From the NCBI GenBank assembly GCA_963924565.1, contig OZ004611.1:25544001-25608000 (forward strand): DNA of 64,000 nucleotides. The letters run 5' to 3'. Position numbers and translations under genes: made by a program. This stretch comes from Ascidiella aspersa (Eukaryota). The notes beneath the pieces were generated by a model. It ran no database searches and was not told the origin of the DNA. It saw only the letters and a program-made list of their open reading frames with translations. This document shows, piece after piece, positions 32,137-45,459 of the stretch. Each line of letters opens with the position of its first letter. The first letter of the stretch is position 1.

Positions 32137-35100
32137 ATGGACTCAGACTCACTTTTGCCGTTCGATGGAACTCTAAGCAAATATACAAATGTAATGAAGG
32201 GATGGCAAAATAGGTAAGTATTTTTTTAGAAAACATAAACAAATATATATGTATATAAATTTAAATTTAACTCATTTACTATAGATTCCAACTGTTTTAT
32301 TTATTCAATAATAGGTTCTTCATTCTTAATCCCCAACATGGCATGCTGGAATATTTCTTAAACCAAACAGAGGCAGTAAGTTCTCAGTACAAGCCAAGGG
32401 GTTCAGTTGTTCTCGGCGGAGCTGTTATTGCCCCAAGCACCGAAGACTCGTTCACATTTTCTGTAAACGCACCCAATGGAGAAGTCTACAAACTAAGAGG
32501 TCTTGAGGGTGTTTGAATTTCTATGTTGACTGTCTAAATCATGTAATTGGAGCATTGTGCGTCTTATTTTAAGTAGTGCAAATAATTAGACAAAAGTGCC
32601 AGTCTGGAAAGTATGGCAGATGTCGAAGTACACTGCCAACAAAATCAGGGTGACAGGGTGCAGCAAAAGTCAAAAGTTCACCCTGCTGTTGTAGCGTATA
32701 TATACAAAAATTTGGGTGAATATTTAATAATATTGGGTAGAAGTTTGATCTGTCAAAAAAAAATTGTCAGTGAACTTGTCATGCTTTCCACACAGGCAGG
32801 AGGGTAGGAGTGATTTTCATAAAAACAAAAAAAAATAATTTTAAAGTAAACAAATATTGTGATTTTGAGATTTACCCATAACATTGTAAAATTAATGCAA
32901 ATGTATGACTTCGGTTGTAATTTAAAGTAGTAATTTAAATGTCATTTATGAGGGGAAGGTATGACTTCCTTTCATTTTCTCATAAAATTAAAAAAATACA
33001 GTAATTTTTTTTTGTGTAGCTACTAATGCCAAAGAACGGCAGGAATGGGTTTCCAGGCTGAGGGCAGTAGTTCAGCATTTCAGCTCTCAAATTGCCAATC
33101 AGCACCCTCCATTATCTGGCAGTTCTGTGCGGAAACCCAGAGCGAGATCTGTTGCCTCGAATGTAAGCAACAGCATTAAAAAGAGCAAAGGTAAATTGAA
33201 AAATTTTTATAACAACTTTATTGATAGACCTTATGGCCCCCCCGTCAATTTTTCATCATATAAAGTAACCGGTATAAACATGTTTTCAAGGATATTATAA
33301 CTTTTTTAGACTAAGTCTGTGACATGTTAACTTCATCATTGTAAAAATATATTTTTTGTTTTTGGAACTTTTAGATCAAGTTCAAAGCATGTTAACTGGA
33401 CCACCCGGTACGTCCAGTAGTGCAAAGCCTGTTGCTCCAGATGAATTGTCAATGGCAAACTCAATTCCTGCAAGCACTTCCAGTGAACGAAACACTGGTA
33501 AACTATGCCCTTTTGTGTGAAACTTTTAGATAATTTTGTAAAAACATTCAATTTTTTTAGTTTGTTATGCCTCTTGGCATATATGGTAAATGTTATTATA
33601 TTTTCAGCACAACCAAGCAAAGGAACCATCAATAGAACCACTCCATTGGAACCGAAAAGAGCACTTCCCAAGTCTGATGTACAACAATTGCAGGATGCAA
33701 GACAGGTTAATTGTGAAAACTAATTTCATAGCTGTATTGCTGCTGAAAACCTTACATAATTTGTGGTTTACATGAACACATATTTAAAAGTTTTTTTTTG
33801 TTTTTGTTTTACAAGACTCTTCATTGGTTGGGTTGCATCTATATACTGTCTGTTAATTTGCCATCAGTGTAATTTAATGTTGTTCAGTGTTTAACTTCAT
33901 ATGGATAACACACATACCATATAAGCAGGCCTTTTGATGCAAGACAGGTTTCGGATTTTTGATGCCTTTAGGTGCATGACCTCTGAACTACATTTATCTG
34001 ATATTCATACAATGTGTTTGTTTTACCTAAAAGTGTTTTCAGAGAGACTACAGTCTGTGTTTTATTATACACTGTCTATTAATTTTCTACCTGCGTAATA
34101 CCCGGTGCTGAATGTTCAGCTTCATATCGATAACACACTTCTTACCATTTTACAGGCAATTGTATCAGCAGACAATTACCATGCCGGGCTGGTCAGTATG
34201 CTGGACAGTCTGCCTTTTCACCCAAATCAAAACATGGACAACGAAAATGTTGAATCTGCCTCTCAAGCGAGTGATGAGCAGTACGTGGGTCTATCTGCTC
34301 TCGACAAAAATGTTCTGCTTATAAAATCCACCTCTAGTGCAATGATGCAGTGCCTGAGCAATTGCTACTCGATTCTACACAAGCATAGTCAGCAAAAGAA
34401 TGTATCCCTTCCACCTGGTAAGAAAATGATTTTTTAAGGTTTACACTATGCATAGATTGTAATGTAGCTTGATAATGAATTGCAAAGCCAAAACGATTGG
34501 GTAGATAGACATCATCTTGATTCAGATTTTCAATTACAAACTTAAATCATCTTTAGTTAATGTGACTAAGAAGTAAAACAAAGCATCACTTATAAAAGGT
34601 GGAATGCAATTGTTATCATTCTAAATAACTGAAGATGATACGAGTTCGAATCGAAACGTCTTAATCAAGATGATATCTGTCTACTCTACCTTTTTGACTC
34701 TGTATTTTAAGCTTTGGAAAAAAACACAAAGAACTGCAAAGTTTGTTGTTTTGTATCATTTTTATGCCCTTGTTGAAACATTGTATGCACTAAACACAAA
34801 TTCAACATAACTAGATGCCAAAGTAAAGTGGATGGGTAAGAAATTAGACGCCGATCTGCAAGATTCACATCACGAGAATGGAGCTGATTTGTCATCTGGA
34901 GATGGAACACTTAAGGTTCATAAAATACCTTTGTTGCTCCTATTTTAGAAAATAGTTTTGGTTTTAAAATAATTTATTTCTCAAATAATGTAAACAACTT
35001 GTTTTTTTTGTTTTTTGTATTTAATGTTTTAGTTTTTTGGTATGACGTTTTTGTCATTTATCATACTCATTTTTAAGAAGTATAAATCAGTGATTAATCC

Positions 35101-38100
35101 AAGCTAATTTTCAGGATCTTGGTGTATTTTTTGCTTAGTTTGAAAGCCCTAAGATAGTTTTATGAGATAGTACAGAAAGTGAAAATTTTGGTTTTCGGTT
35201 GTCGTTTTTGTCATTCATCATATGCATTTTTGCAAAACAGTATCAGGCATTGGTTTATAAATCCAAATTATATTTTTGTTTAGTTTGAGAAGCCCAACAT
35301 TGCAAACCCTGCTGACGAAGTTCCTGACTCAACATCCGAACAAGAAGAAGATTTAGGGCCAGTTGATGAACACAAGAATATGATCATGCATCTCCTTTCC
35401 CAACTTAAGCTTGGAATGGATCTAACTAAGGTAATTTGTTTGTTTTTTAACTTTTTTTGATTATACTGCATAAGGAACAGTAAATTAAAATGGTGAAATC
35501 ATAGCAGAAGTGTTGGGATGCATAATAATTTTATGCCAGCTTTATGAAAATAAACTATTATGTAGTTTTACCCTAAGTTAAACTGTATCAAAAAAGTGCT
35601 TTATGTAATATAGTTATTGTCCTTTTAATACAAAAAAATAATGCTTTGCTCTAAATCAGGTTTTTCGGCCCATATTGCTCTAATAAACCTAAAATACAGT
35701 GAAATAGTAGTCCTGTGCCATTTCTAAACTAAGTTTTAGTAAAAATTTGAATTTGTTTACAAGAATAAAGTTAAAAGTCTAGTGACCCCTGCACTGAATA
35801 TATTACTATGCATAACAAGTGTTAGATTCATATCGCTACTCAATGTTTTACAGGTCACCCTTCCAACGTTTATACTGGAAAAACGCAGTCTCCTTGAGAT
35901 GTATGCTGACTTTTTCGGCTACAGCGATTTATTCTTAAGCATCCCGAAAGGCGAAACTGCACATGACCGAATGCACAGAATTTTGAAGTTCTACCTTGCA
36001 TCTTTCCACTCAGGGAGAAACAGTAAGCCTTAATTCATGAAGCCATTTCCTAACTGTATAGTTTAAAATCATAAATTTCATAAAACAGTGTCAGCTTGTA
36101 GAATGCTTAACATCGGCTCAGTCCATAGATTTTATAACTACTTTAGTTGATGTTGGTTATAATTCTTTAAATTTGGTTAATGAAATGCCCCTTCTCAGAC
36201 ACATTATAATTATTATTAAATATTTAAATTTGGTTAATGAAACTGATTTACTTCTCAGTCACATTTACATTTACTGAATATGATACAAGTTCGTTTCAAA
36301 TCGTCCTAATCAAGATGATATCAATCTACTCGACCTTTTTGGATTTGCAATTCATTATCAAGAAACAATATTCTTGTTATTTTTTTAAAAGGCCAGGCTG
36401 CCAAGAAGCCCTACAACCCGTTAGTTGGAGAGGTTTTTCAATGCAGCTACTATGTTCCCAAGGAAAATACCTCACAAGATACAGACACGGAAAGCACTGC
36501 ACCTCCAACTGCACAAACTCACAGCAGATTACAATTTATCGCCGAACAGGTGGGGTTGATTTTATGTGTTTTTGGTTTAGAGATAGACCAATATATCAGT
36601 TAACTGAAAATATCGTCCGATATTTGGCTTCTACCGATATATCGGTATCGGTACATGTAGGCCAATGCTTTGGCCGATATTTTAGTACGAAAATATGATA
36701 TAATTTTTCCTGTACAACAAAAACACCCGTTTTTGATCAAAAAATTCAGGATTTTAGCATCACACCAAGTTATTATGCAAAATAATAGTTAAATAATTAA
36801 TTAAGGTATATAAACTAAAACGCTAGGCATTTAATAAGTCAATTAAATCAAGTTTTGAACATTTCCCAGGTATATAAAAAAATCGGTATCGAGGTTGACA
36901 AAATTGTAAAAAATCGGGTATCTTTATCTGTCCAAAAAACAATAAGTAGGTCTCTAGATTATACTGTCAAAGGCACTTCTACATGTATTATGTCAAAGCC
37001 TTGCCTGACTTACAGCCTATAACAGTCTAGGTGTCATTTTTCAAAGCACCATACAATGCTACATGAAGGAAGTGTGCTCGCTAAATATAGCACGCTTTTC
37101 CCCCTCATTTGAAATCAATTATTTTTGTAGTAATGCCTGTTGTTTTTTCCTTTATCTAAAGATTTATTTTATCATTTTTTTTTATTTACTTTTCATGCTG
37201 CAACGAAGAAAGTTGAATTTTTTGTGAATTGGATAGTAATAAAAACATGCCAAGGGACATGTTCAGATGTGTATTTAGTACTTTTTTAAAATTTGGTAAC
37301 ATTGAGTCACTGTAAAGAGTAAACATTTATTAATGATACTAATTAAATGAAGATTTTTGGTTTTAACATGGATTTAAAGTCGCTGTCAACAACTATCTAG
37401 TGATAGATATACTTATCAACCAGTTCACCTGTCTTGATTTTGGTATTTTAACTTTCGGTTGTTTTTTTTTAATTTATTTTCAAACTCTTAAAGCAACCAT
37501 ATGTACATTGTGAAAGCCTACTAAAAAACAATAGCAAAACGAGGTTTTATTTGTAACGCGACCCTTTTCCGAACATATATGCATTTTAACAGTGGTTAAA
37601 CCGTAATTCCACTAAAAATCTAGCTTATTGAACGCCTTTTGAACCATAAATAGATTCAAAGTACTCTGATACATTCAAAGTACTATGAAAAAATGTTAAA
37701 TTGAGAAGGCCCTTACTAATACAAAATAATAACAATAAACAATGCCACATTGACGATGCTTGTATTTGCCACTTTTCATATTGGATTGAACACTGACCTG
37801 AAGAAAAGGCATAGGCATATACAACGACACCCAAATTTCCCTTTGCTGGCAAGAAAAAGATTTCTTTCTTTAAGGTTTCCCACCACCCTCCAGTGTCGGC
37901 TTTCCACATCTCCTGTCCCGAAAGTGGAATCAGCTGCACTTCGCACATCTGGACCAAAGCCAAGTTCATGAACATGTCGGTCGGAGCCGTGGTCATTGGC
38001 GAAGGTAGGTTTAATTTGTTCTCTCCTGGGTCTTCGAATCTTTAAAAGTCTTTAAATTGATGTGAATATTGGATGGTGTTTGAAAAACCCAAAAGTTTGG

Positions 38101-40952
38101 AGCTTTGTGTTTAAAAGTTTTTTTTTCTACGCAGCTCACATTATGTTTAGAAAGCACGATTGTTAAATAAATGTTAAAACTAATGTTGTTTGAGTTGGTC
38201 ATAGCATATACCCTTTTGTTTTCGAATATGACGGAAAACACGTCGAGTGATCCTAATTTTAGGTCTTTTATAACCTATGAGTTTGTATTACGTAGAACGC
38301 CTTACACCCCTTACGTTCCGTTGGGAAGTTCAGAAAAAAATATTTTTTTAATTTTTTTGGCCGTATTAGTCAGAGCTCATTTTTGTCGTTGAATTTTTCT
38401 GATTGTAAATGTTTTAATTGCTCGTGAAAAATTGCTACACCAGCGATTTACTTCGGGTTTTACCCAAATTTTAAGCGTTTTTCCTAACTCTTGCTTCCCA
38501 GGTACGATAACCCTTAAAGACCACGACGAACACTACACAACCAACTATCCTTCGGCCTACGCCCGCTCCATACTAACAGTGCCGTGGTACGAACTGGGCG
38601 GCAGATGCTCTCTAGTTTGTCAGGAAAACGACATCACGTCCAACATTATCTTCCATACCAAGCCAATGTACGGCGGGATGCCACACAGGTAAGAACTGCT
38701 ATAAAGCCGATTTTTTTAATCGGGGGTCGAAAAAAGTTTTCATTTGTGAAGATTCCATCGTCATTTTTTTAAATTTAGTAACGTTACGAGCATAAAGTTA
38801 GAGTAGACGTAGAATGAGTATTACAGTGGACCGAACAATTTAGTGTTCATTTTTAACATCTGTAAGATCTAAATGACATTAAAAAAACATTCACAAGAGA
38901 CTACCTCGAAACATACACAAGATACTACCTATTTCGTTACGGGCTTTGATATTCATTCTACGTACTCAATAGTTTAATTATTTAGATATGACAACTTGAC
39001 GTTAACGAAATCAGTCGATCTATTAAATTGTGGATTTCAGTGCCAGATCGACCGACTTTGGCCTCAACCGTATTGGCTCCAGGAGTAATTATTTTATGTG
39101 TGTGTCAGATACGATGTATTTAAGATTATGTAATTCACAGCTGTGCACACTGTTTTAGTACAGGGTTGTTAGCAATTCGTTTGACACCCATTTATAGCGG
39201 AATTGTACAAAAATCAGTTTGTTTTTATAAAACTCATTTGTACGTTTGCTTTTCTCGAATGAAAACAAAATTATCCAGAAAAACCCACATGTCTTAATTA
39301 TTGTGTCAGACATAGAAACCAACAGCTTCCGACTATTAAAAACAGCCGATTAGCAATGTAATGTGCTCTAAACACTCGTGTCTTTTTCGTAAAAAAATGA
39401 TTGAAAAACAAAAAAACACAAAAAATAACTATGTTTTAAAAACAAAACTGTCTATGTTGAAAATGGATGAGAGAAATATTGGAAACGTTCAAAATGCTTC
39501 CTATTTCTGTATGGGCTTTGATATTCTTACTACAACTTCATCCAGTATGCTCCTAAACTGATTGATTTTTCTCCTTTGACAGGGTAACCGCAGAAGTGAA
39601 AGATAAGAGCGGTTATATTTCTTGCAAAGTCCAAGGAAAGTGGAATGGCGAATTGGAATTCACGTACTTTAACGAGGTACGTGTTTTAATTTATTATCGT
39701 GCATATTATTATACGACTTTAAAGATAAAATATAGGTTGATTTTATTGAGTAAACAACGCCTTAGTCGATGCAATTATCAAGTAGTATTTTATTGAGAAT
39801 AAAAATGTTAGCCTATAACTTTTGTCTTGCAAATCACTTAAACACAGGTATTAAATTATGAGCGGCGTTTCGTTTATTTAGTATGTTTTCAAGTGCACCT
39901 ATTACAAAGTGAACCTAAACGTACTAAATTTGTAACATGTAACTACATACGAAGCGTTAACAAGACGTCTTGTCTAAAGCTTTGCCCTCTTTATATAAGC
40001 GAACGCCTGACTACTGTACGCTTACCACAAAACCGGCTGCAATTCACGAGTTGTTTGCTTAACCCGACCGGTTATATTTGCACAGAGTAATGCAAACCAA
40101 GCGCCAACGCCAAGTCATTCCGAAACTATCGACACCGCCAAACTGGAATGCTTTCCGAAATACGTCCGCCCGCTTGATGCGCAAGACGCGTTAGAATCAA
40201 GGTAAGTGTTGAAACTGACTTCAGCAAAAAACTTAACCGATTAATCTTAATGCTGGAGCATATATGCCAGGGATGTCCGTCCATTTTCACTTGGCTAGCC
40301 GCGAAGATGTTACCAGACTTGAACAACTCGTTTTTTTTAGCAATTATTCACAATCAATTTTATTTAAATCGCTAAATATTCTAATAGGAATGCCAATGGT
40401 AAATATGTGTGAGCTGACTTTCATAGCATAGCTTATGTTTTTCAGGCTGTAAAAATTAGGCTACATTTACTTCAAGGGTCTTTCCGACCAAAGAGTTTTA
40501 ATTCACATTCTTTGTTTCGACAAAGAGACTAAAAATGCCGTTGGACAAAGTAGCGTTTTGAGTAAAATCTGAATAAGATTAGAACTAGAATTAGATTTAG
40601 CTGAATTTCGCCCTAATTCATTAAATTAGAAAACTAGAATTATCTAGTTGTCCAAGTCTGCATCTTACACAAGTGTAGAAATCAAAATATCACCCTGTTC
40701 ATGTATCGCCTCTGTTTTGTTTCGCGCAGAAAAGTTTGGCGCGAAGTGACGCAGTCGTTACGTAGCGGTGACGTCACGTCGGCCACCGAGCACAAGACCG
40801 CGCTCGAAAATCAGCAGCGTGAGATCGAACGTCAGCGTAAGGAAGCCGGACTTCCGGTTCCGGTCGCTTATTTCTCACGCACCAAGGGAAAGGACTACGA
40901 CCTCTACAGTTTAAAAAGCGACCAAGTGTTGCTGCCCCAGCAGAGCACCTGA
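32137..40952 (+). CDS. OSBPL11: Oxysterol-binding protein-related protein, ORP10/ORP11 type (PH + ORD), 15 exons
   Basis: Exons 32137-32213, 32315-32499, 33020-33190, 33375-33497, 33608-33705, 34156-34417, 34815-34915, 35284-35430, 35854-36022, 36392-36549, 37875-38004, 38502-38688, 39583-39676, 40086-40201 and 40730-40952. PH domain ([42 protein letters not shown]). ORD motifs [48 protein letters not shown] and [13 protein letters not shown]. Probably co-orthologous to OSBPL10 and OSBPL11. Confidence 0.92.
34443..34572 (-). mobile_element. Hammerhead-bearing short repeat, degenerate inverted copy
   Basis: Reverse complement reads CTTCTTAGTCACATTAACTAAAGATGAT...TTGAAAATCTGAATCAAGATGATGTC...TTTTGGCTTTGCAATTCATTATCAAGCTACATTACA. 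It matches 34624-34700, 36252-36362 and 62362-62458. Confidence 0.75.
34624..34665 (+). ncRNA. Minimal type I hammerhead ribozyme motif (Penelope/retrozyme-like)
   Basis: AATAA-CTGAAGA-T-GAT-acgagttcga-ATC-GAAA-CGTC-TTAAT. Core CUGANGA 34629-34635, stem II GAT/ATC, GAAA 34653-34656, palindromic ACGU in place of stem III, GUC cleavage triplet 34658-34660, and short stem I. Confidence 0.7.
36252..36362 (+). mobile_element. Hammerhead-bearing short repeat, degenerate copy
   Basis: CTTCTCAGTCACATTT..ACTGAATATGATACAAGTTCGTTTCAAATCGTCCTAATCAAGATGATATC...TTTGCAATTCATTATCAAG; the catalytic core is mutated. Confidence 0.75.
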
Positions 40953-41033
40953 TTTTGGCCGGCGACTTTCGACGGCGCGTCGCTTTGAAATTATATTAGG
41001 CTTTTTTGTTGTTTTGTGATGTTTCGTGTACTC

Positions 41034-41601
41034 CAGTGTTTCTCATCCCGTGGGTCGCGACCCGAAATTGGGTCGCAGTTTGATTTGTTTGGGTCGCCCA
41101 CTGCAGTATACTATTGTCGTTAGAATAATTGAGATTGGTCCTAAACAAGATGTGAATCAAATTATTTATGCCATTGACTTTAGAGTATTGGTTCGCCAAA
41201 GCGTTGCTGTGATACTTCGCTTAGTACAGGGTTCTTAAACTGGGGTCCATGGATCCCTTTGGGGTACGTGGACTAGTTTTAGGGGGACAATGAAGGCCGT
41301 ACTAAAATCTTGGTGAATAACTTGAAAAATATATGCATTTTTTTTAATTAAATTATATTATAAAAAAATGCTTTGGCGGCTTCTCCTTAAATGTATTTAG
41401 ACTTATTTAAGTTTCACATTTGTTTAAATAAAAACAGCAGGTTTCTTAAGTCTACTTGTTTTATGACGTCATGTCTAAAAATTTCATGCCACCTCTGGTC
41501 CACGCGAACCAAACAAATTGTTTAAGGGCTCCGCTTAAAAAAAGTTTAAGAACCACTGGCTTAGTACTTGGGTCGCAGCGAAAAAAGGTTGAGAAACACT
41601 G
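41034..41601. mobile_element. hAT-like MITE just downstream of the OSBP-related stop codon (outer element)
   Basis: TIR CAGTGTTTCTCA / TGAGAAACACTG with GGGTCGC motifs; no clear TSD. Confidence 0.7.
41227..41558. mobile_element. Nested hAT/Charlie-like MITE
   Basis: TIR CAGGGTTCTTAAACT / AGTTTAAGAACCACTG. Exact 8-bp TSD GCTTAGTA at 41219-41226 and 41559-41566. Confidence 0.9.
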
Positions 41602-44117
41602 GGTAAACGATCGGCGGGATTTGCTATCTAGGTGGCTGCAAACTATTTAGGGATTCTTTTTTAATTCACCTTAGATTTATTGGCGGAAAATGTTGGAAAT
41701 GACAATTTATTCGATATATTATCGTTATGTCTTTTGTGTGTATCAAACATTTTTAGTATCGCTGTTTTAATTGGTGCCCCATATATCTGGTGGGCGTGAC
41801 AAAAAAAACGCCATTTCCTGAAAAATATGTCATTTCCTTTGATATATACACACGTCACACATCTATATGTCAAACAATTATCTGCGTACATATAAACAAA
41901 CCGGTAACTTGCAGAATTTTTGTTACGCATTATTTCTTTCCAATCCTCCGCAACGGTAAATGCATCACTGCTCCTACAAATCTAATATTGTTAATTTAAA
42001 AAAAAGTTTAGTCTAACGTTTTATTTGAATGCGACACAATTTTATATAATAACACTAGACTTCTATAAGGGGTCTATAAAGCTGCCTAGGGCATTGCAAT
42101 AAATGGTAAAAGTTCAACGATTCTGGTCGAAGTGTTAAATTTTCGGTAGTGTCACGTAAGGTCTATAACAGCGCTGTCCAGCTGTATGTTGCTAACATTT
42201 GTATGTTCCTTGGCCCGACGTATGCAATTTTACACAGATTTTATCGCTTCGCCTTATTTAGGTGCATCCGTAGTGCCGCATGTTGTGTCGTGCACGTGTT
42301 CGTTTGTCCAGCACTAGTCATTGCTGTTTCTTCCAAATATATATGTGACAGCTAAAAGCAGTACACATCCCTACTGGCCGGATTACAACAACAATGAATT
42401 ATTATCGGTCATCGTTATTCGATTCTCCTGCCAACTTTAATAATACTTATTGCAAAAGTTTATTTGACTTGTTACGATGTTGCATCCGCCATTCTTTGCG
42501 CTATATTTGTTTTTTGGCGTTGGATGCTCATTATTTTGGAATGGACCCTATGTACGTGGCTTCAAAGTGATATCTAGCAATGCAAGTGTGTTGTCCGTTA
42601 TTTTGCAAACTTTTCAAACACAATGTTTTTGATCGATTTAACGAAGGCGTGTCGTTTTTCCGTGTTATTGCCCTCATTTAAAAAACTGCAATCAAGCACA
42701 TATGGCTAAAGTCTGATGCTGTTGCAAAAATGCCCAAGGCCTTTTCTATAAATACTTCATTGAGTATTAGAACACACTAAAAATCAATAGCAATTAAATT
42801 CCTAGTATGGGGAATATTTATTTAAAGTTTGATTTTCCTTTTCGGCGATACAAACAAAAACTCGGTATTAAATTCCAAATCCAAAAATTTCAACCTCGCA
42901 AGTGTGGTGTATAAATTATGATGTGCGCTGTTCTGGCAAACGAAAGGACAGTGCGTAACGTAAAAACATTTTATCGCCCTCAAAATAATAGCCATCGTTT
43001 TTTGCAGCATTCGTTTTATGGAGTATAAAGATAAAAAAAAACTGGTGCCGGCAAGCGAGATACCGATTTGTAATTGTTATGGCTCAAAGCGTACTGTGTA
43101 GTTATTTCCGCTTCTCGTGTATATTTGTTATCATTATTAAAATTACAAACGTATCCGTTCAATTATTGTTTGTATTTCGTCTCCTAGATATCAGCAAAGC
43201 CACTGTGGTCAGGAAGGAGGGTAGTTACTTAGTATAGTTACATATTTCATTTACACGACTGAAGTTATTAGTTTCTTTTAAACTAATACTACATCTTTCC
43301 TTTGTCAAATATATCCCATTCGGACTTGATTCTTGACTTGGACCAACCCTATAGCTGCCCGCCTGATTTTTATATTTTTTACGTATATCAACGAGCACGT
43401 TGTAAAACCTGTCCTTCGTGATGACTGTTAATACTTTTGTGCATGAGAAACTGGTTAGATTTAGTTTCTATAGGTTAGACTCTCGTAAGAGGTTAGGGGT
43501 AACCAATTTTTTTACGGACCGAACACTAAGGACTGGCGATCGCGAGCCAGATGTAAAATTCTGTATTGACCTTATTTGACATTATTGTTATGAAACAAAA
43601 AAAATTACCGAATTATATAGTGGGCGTAACGAACTGTGGGTTAGTTCAAAAAGTTTATCAAAATTTAGCTTAGTTGGTCTCCGACAAACATTTCCTTTAA
43701 TAAAGTAGTAATGAGTAGTGTGGAATAATTACGTAAATATGTTGCAGACTGGAAGAATTAAACAGGTGTGCCGTAGCTTGGTGACCCTGCTATAGGTAAA
43801 TAATGTTTTTGTTGGCAAAGTTTGGTATTTTATATTTTGGTTTTCTTAGTTCGTTATGATCGGTTTCAACATTCAATTTTAGTGGGTTATTCAATGTATT
43901 TTATCAGCCTTTAAACGTGGCAAAATAAATGCCTAAAGGCATGATTTCTATACAGACAATCAAAGCGTCTGGTATTCTGACATTCACTCCAGTGGTCGCT
44001 CTTCCGTCAAATGTTTAAAACACAACGACTCTTTGCAATATTCAAGAAATCAGAAATTCGCACACAACAAAAAGTGGAGACGTTATAAGGGCTTAACAAA
44101 ACATCGAAAACCATCCG

Positions 44118-45459
44118 CTATCGCCTCCCCGGTTCGATTTTCACTGGCAAAACTGAGTGCCTGAGCAACTTCGGTACGTTCCAGCCCATTTCGCCCGGCC
44201 TTTCGTGTCGCATCCGGTAAAAAGTGGCCGGCTTCTTGTAGGTAGTGTACAGGTACCCGGCTCCGCTCGTAACCTCTTGCGAAAGGGCAGTGTGGCCGAT
44301 GTACTGGCCCTGGTCGGAGACGTTAACACGCTGGAACAAGTCGGTTTGGTCCGGACCTGGAAGTATAGTTCGATGTTCGCGTTGTTTTTTGTGTTTACCT
44401 TAGTGAAGCTTTTACTCTTGTGAGGATAACCGCAAAAAGAAAATACAACATTTTTAACTATACGTAAATTAGATTTTTTTTCGATTTTCTCTAATCTAAA
44501 TTATGTTTCTTGTATGTTATAGCTCATTTTGATGAAACTGGTTAAACTCGAAGGTGCGTGCGTTTTATCGCACCCTGAAAAATGAAAGTTAGGCCACACT
44601 TAAACTATACAAAGCAATTTTTTCACGCTGCTCGTAAGTGTTTTTTTTTTGTATAAAAATTACATCTAGTTTTGTCGTAGTTTTATGTCGTCACATGTTA
44701 CTTAACGTTTTGAGGTAACTTTGTGACGTCAACCTGATTTTTGTCGATGGCTTCCCCCCGAAATTTTTGATTCCGCCCTTGTTACAGAGCAGACACAAGT
44801 CGGAATTCGGCCAAATTAAGACCCCTGTCGAGTCCCTACTCCCCAGTTAGCAAAACCTATTATTCGATTATATGCCACAGTCTCAGACCAAAGGCAATAG
44901 TTTAATTAAACCATTCAATGTTCGTAAAAATAAATAAACACTATTAGCCACGCCAATTTTATAACACTGTACAATAAATGTACGGCTATTACTCGGCCCA
45001 CAACTACATGATAAAGGTGAAATATTAAAAATTAGTCCGAAGCCCAGTGAAAGTGGCACAAGGGCCGCGAAACGAAACTGCAGTTATGGGAAACTTGCTG
45101 CAGCAAGAGCCAAACATTTTTTTTCAATTGAACACAAATTAATGCAGCAGGGACCATCCTGCATTTTCATATCTCTTAAAAAGTGAAAGTTTTGCCCACG
45201 TTGTGGTATAATTTTTCACCCTGCCTAATGTTGTGACACTTGATCATATCGAATTCTGGGGGCCTGACCTGCGAAAAAATAGGCCAAACGTCAAAAATAT
45301 GCGTTCGATCTAACCTGTGTAAAGCATCCTTCTGCCGGTTGGCATGATGTGTGACGGGTGACTGTAGCATTTAGTGGCAGTGTCAACCGATCCGGAGCTG
45401 CCACTAGTGCGCGAAGAAGCCGCGCTCATGACTCGAGTCGATGCCACTTTGCTGCTCAT
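44118..45459 (-). CDS. SPMIP2/C4orf45-like (DUF4562) small protein, 2 exons, 127 aa
   Basis: Exons 45459-45315 and 44356-44118, joined by a phase-1 GT-AG intron. The product PTGRRMLYTGPDQ...YIGH...EVTSGAGYLY...HERPGEMGWNVP resembles the C4orf45 pattern GKQMIFTGPD..YVGE..TGDLRYLW..HEYVSEIGW. Confidence 0.75.
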
